From: Candidatus Hodarchaeum mangrovi | GTDB taxonomy: Archaea > Asgardarchaeota > Heimdallarchaeia > Hodarchaeales > Hodarchaeaceae | Direction: 5' to 3' | Assembly (NCBI GenBank): GCA_016839515.1 | Contig: JAEOUE010000195.1 | Span: forward strand, 1 to 18,245 | DNA length: 18,245 nt | Shown: one piece after another, positions 15,375 through 18,245 of the stretch | Layout of the letters: each line of letters opens with the position of its first letter | Position numbering within the stretch: position 1 is the stretch's first letter | Notes under the pieces: generated by a model | Seen by the model: the letters and a program-made list of their open reading frames with translations, nothing else | Told to the model about the DNA's origin: nothing | Database searches by the model: none | Position numbers and translations under genes: made by a program

Positions 15375-15623
15375 ATGAGAAGCCCAAAAGTTGAAGTATT
15401 TTCTCCCGTAGGAGTTTGTAGTTGCTCATTTGCTGTATGGATCGGAAATGTTTGGGACATTTTAATGAAGTACAAAGATCAGCTTGAGATTGTGAGTTTG
15501 ACTTCAGATTCTCCTCGAGCACAAGAACTTGGAGTGGGTGATCGAGCCGTTGTAATCAACGGAGAAACCACTCCAGTATTCTTACTTGAGCAAAAAATCC
15601 AAGAACTCCTTAAAAAGCGTTGA
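15375..15623 (+). CDS. Small thioredoxin-fold protein with CxC motif (ArsD-like position)
   Basis: KVEVFSPVGVCSCS after the first strand, AQELGV and AVVING; last gene of the arsP-acr3 unit with a 9-nt gap. Confidence 0.65.
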   Translation: MRSPKVEVFSPVGVCSCSFAVWIGNVWDILMKYKDQLEIVSLTSDSPRAQELGVGDRAVVINGETTPVFLLEQKIQELLKKR

Positions 15624-15627
15624 TAGA

Positions 15628-15683
15628 AGATGTTCCTATTTAATAGGGACATTTACAATTAATATAAGTTTTTAGTTGTAAAT
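15628..15683 (+). terminator. Tandem stem-loops immediately 3' of the ars operon (terminator or stability element)
   Basis: ATGTTCCTAT-tta-ATAGGGACAT (15630-15652) and ATTTACAATTAA-9nt-TTAGTTGTAAAT (15651-15683); each stem has a single U-G wobble. Confidence 0.55.
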
Positions 15684-15809
15684 AAATCAAACCCACATTA
15701 ATTTATACAATACTTATTCTTCTCTCTATCCTACTGGATGCTTTAATAAGAAACATTGATTTAAATTTTCAGGTGTAATAGATATTTTAACTAAACAGGA
15801 AAAAATATA

Positions 15810-16682
15810 ATGAAGTTAGAAAATAAAAATACTCAACAAAAATTATGTATTATATGCGGAGCCAAATGCTGCAAACCCAACTTAGTAAAAGATCCATTCA
15901 ATTTAAATTTGCTTCCAGGAGACTTTACTAAACTCCTTAAAAAGAACTTCCATGTTATGATCGGAACAGGGATTGATGAGCGAAATAATCTCTCGCTTAC
16001 TATTAAACCACACATATTTGGTTATTGCATTTTCTTAAACTATTTTACAAATCAATGTCAGATTTATTCAACTAGACCACAGATTTGTCGACGATTTCCT
16101 TTTGATTCGAGTATTAATTCCTCTGTGAAAGGACAATGTTTAATTTTAACCACTATTTCTCTTGAAAAACTTAATCAAATAGAAAATAAGATTATAATAA
16201 AGGACAATTCAAAAGAGAATCTAAATTTAATGAAAATTAAAGATGAAGAAGATTCATTAATATATCAAGATGAGTATGTTCCTCAAGTTGAATCCTATTT
16301 CTCCACTAAATCTTATATTCAATCAAAATATGGATCCTTTTTTATCTCTCATAATGAATCTTTTCAATATGACCTTTTTAATCAATTAACAGCTCTTTTA
16401 GAGAATTATCGAATATTTTTCAATCATATAAAAGTTATCCTATCTATCGGAATTGTTAATAGTTCCAATTATCCGCTTTTATTTATAGAAGGTATTCTTG
16501 ACCCAATTAACCAATATTCGCAGAAGAGAATATTTCAGGAGATTGAAAAAAAGGGGAACTATTATCTTTCTCAAATTGATGGATCTTACCTTGAAGGTTT
16601 AATATATTATGATGAAATATTTGAAGATCCAAGCCACTGGCATAGTTGCTGGGAAGAAAGCAGAAAAAATTTTAGAAAATAA
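15810..16682 (+). CDS. YkgJ/CxxCxxCC zinc- or iron-chelating domain protein with uncharacterised C-terminal domain
   Basis: CIICGAKCC, YCIFL and CQIYSTRPQICRRFPF motifs. Confidence 0.85.
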   Translation: MKLENKNTQQKLCIICGAKCCKPNLVKDPFNLNLLPGDFTKLLKKNFHVMIGTGIDERNNLSLTIKPHIFGYCIFLNYFTNQCQIYSTRPQICRRFPFDSSINSSVKGQCLILTTISLEKLNQIENKIIIKDNSKENLNLMKIKDEEDSLIYQDEYVPQVESYFSTKSYIQSKYGSFFISHNESFQYDLFNQLTALLENYRIFFNHIKVILSIGIVNSSNYPLLFIEGILDPINQYSQKRIFQEIEKKGNYYLSQIDGSYLEGLIYYDEIFEDPSHWHSCWEESRKNFRK

Positions 16683-16704
16683 TAATTTGTTCCTAATAAA
16701 ATCA

Positions 16705-18245
16705 TTAAAAAGCTTGAGACAATAATGATTCTATCCTTGTCTTTTCGTCAGGAATAAGTTCACCATTTTCTTGACAACATCGCAGATGGTAAAATTTCCT
16801 GAGAGCTCTTTGAAAATCATCTTCTGAAACAAACGCTTTAGTCCCCTTAGCTATACCTGAGGGAAGAGGTTCATTCATTAGTCGATAGGGAAGCTCATCT
16901 ACAGTCCTAGGAGGATAATCCATTTCTCGCATATTGAAATAACGTGTCAAACTCCAGATATTTTGGGCAATTTCACGGATAGAAACATCAGAACCCGTTA
17001 CCGCGGTATATAATTGTTGGGCAAGTTCAATGTCGAGAGCAGGAATGATTGAATGCGTAAAATGACAGATAATGAGACAATCTTTTATGATTTTTAGATC
17101 CGTATTTTCGATTAAGCTTTCAATGATAGGTTGAGTAACTGGTTCATTGGGTATCTTATTCGTGGAAGGCCATCCTCGAAGGTGTGAAGCTCCGACTGCT
17201 GCAGTTGCATAGCTCAGTCCTAAACCTAATTTTCCTCGTGGATCCCACGCAGCCATAGGTAAACCTTTAACATGAATGGCAAATTTTTCTGATTCATTTC
17301 CAAAAACGTTTGATGCATGAACTAATCCATCAGCAAGAATCTCTCCAATACCTTCTTTTTTAGCAATTTTGTGAATGAGTTCAATAAGTCCTTTATCGTC
17401 CCCAAAATAGATTTTTTCTGACTCAAATTTAATAGGAACTAAATCCTTCTCGGAAGCTTCCATAAACCATGCGATAACGCTACCCAACGAGATGGTATCG
17501 AATGAGTAACTATTCGCAAGATAATTTGCTTCAATAACAGTTTCATACCTAACACCACAGTTTGAGCCAATTAATCCCAAGGTTTCATATTCGGGAACTG
17601 CTACAATGTGTTTGGGATCAGCAAAATCAAATTTTTGATCAAAAATATGAGCACAACTAATAACGCATTTATAACAGGGTTTTTTCTTCGTATTATACTT
17701 TTCCATGGCTGGAGGGCCTAAACTTTCTGGATTATCCATAGTACCAGCTTGAAAATTCCTCACTGGAAGTTGATCTTGATTTGAAGAGAATTCTATTAAT
17801 TTAGGAGTTCCCCATTTATAGATCCAGTGATCAGCATCACGACCCTTTTTTGCACGACGTCTGAGTTCATCAGTAAGTTCCTGGAGTTTTTTATTATCTG
17901 CGACTGCAAATTCTTTAGGGGTACCCCTAATTGCAATAGCAAGAAGGTTTTTACTTCCGAAAACTGCCCCTACACCTCCACGTCCAATATTACGAAAACT
18001 TTCGTTTGTAACACAAGCAATTTTTGATAAATTTTCCCCAGCCAAACCTATTGACATAACTTTTACATCATGATCTATTTCTTCTTTGAGAAGAAGCTCT
18101 TTATCAAGTGTGGACAGTCCATGAAGATGGGAAGCTGCTCGAATTTCCACTTTTGTGTCAGTAATCAAGAGATATACAGGTTTATCTGCTTTTCCTTCAA
18201 TAATTACTGCATCATATCCAGCAAATTTCAATTCAGGTCCGATTG
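16705..18245 (-). CDS. Tungsten-containing aldehyde:ferredoxin oxidoreductase family, 5' end outside the window
   Basis: Frame is open past the track's TTG to the window edge (IGPELKFAGYD). Motifs GRGGVGAVFGSKNLLAI, CYKCVISC, PEYET, DTISLG, HVKG..DPRG, HLRG and DCLIICHF. Confidence 0.94.
   Translation of the reverse strand, partial: IGPELKFAGYDAVIIEGKADKPVYLLITDTKVEIRAASHLHGLSTLDKELLLKEEIDHDVKVMSIGLAGENLSKIACVTNESFRNIGRGGVGAVFGSKNLLAIAIRGTPKEFAVADNKKLQELTDELRRRAKKGRDADHWIYKWGTPKLIEFSSNQDQLPVRNFQAGTMDNPESLGPPAMEKYNTKKKPCYKCVISCAHIFDQKFDFADPKHIVAVPEYETLGLIGSNCGVRYETVIEANYLANSYSFDTISLGSVIAWFMEASEKDLVPIKFESEKIYFGDDKGLIELIHKIAKKEGIGEILADGLVHASNVFGNESEKFAIHVKGLPMAAWDPRGKLGLGLSYATAAVGASHLRGWPSTNKIPNEPVTQPIIESLIENTDLKIIKDCLIICHFTHSIIPALDIELAQQLYTAVTGSDVSIREIAQNIWSLTRYFNMREMDYPPRTVDELPYRLMNEPLPSGIAKGTKAFVSEDDFQRALRKFYHLRCCQENGELIPDEKTRIESLLSQAF

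Noticed and set aside
11503-15623. Selenocysteine readthrough in the Cys-motif proteins
   Set aside because: The motif Cys residues are translated from ordinary Cys codons; the TGA stops of acr3 and the thioredoxin are followed within a few codons by TAG/TAA.
15833-16015. 60-aa minus-strand ORF
   Set aside because: Antisense to the YkgJ gene.
17827-18027. 66-aa + strand ORF with several Cys
   Set aside because: Antisense to conserved AOR coding sequence.

Overview
AT-rich, densely coding prokaryotic window, most likely from an Asgard archaeon, possibly Heimdallarchaeia/Hodarchaeales-like. That assignment is inferred from a 7TM-longin fusion, a surface protein with a C-terminal anchor, a GGGP synthase, a tungsten AOR and archaeal TATA/RBS signals. 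Left to right: (1) two divergently transcribed LeuC/LeuD-type aconitase-family heterodimers, one resembling fungal Lys4 homoaconitase and one with a remodelled active site; (2) a DUF2721 membrane protein; (3) a divergent group II GGGPS/PcrB whose N-terminal motif lies upstream of the first ATG, suggesting an ATT start; (4) PHP, DHH and dCTPase/MazG-like hydrolases plus a PD-(D/E)xK-like nuclease; (5) a 7TM-longin protein and a HemG-like flavodoxin; (6) an 8-gene divergent arsenic island (arsR, ccdA-like, CC-motif protein, Cys-bearing surface protein | arsP-like, acr3, two thioredoxin-fold proteins) around a 70-bp promoter with palindromic operators; (7) a YkgJ-family protein and a 5'-truncated aldehyde:ferredoxin oxidoreductase. 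No RNA genes, CRISPR arrays or mobile elements were seen. Family assignments come from motif recognition by eye, not from database searches.
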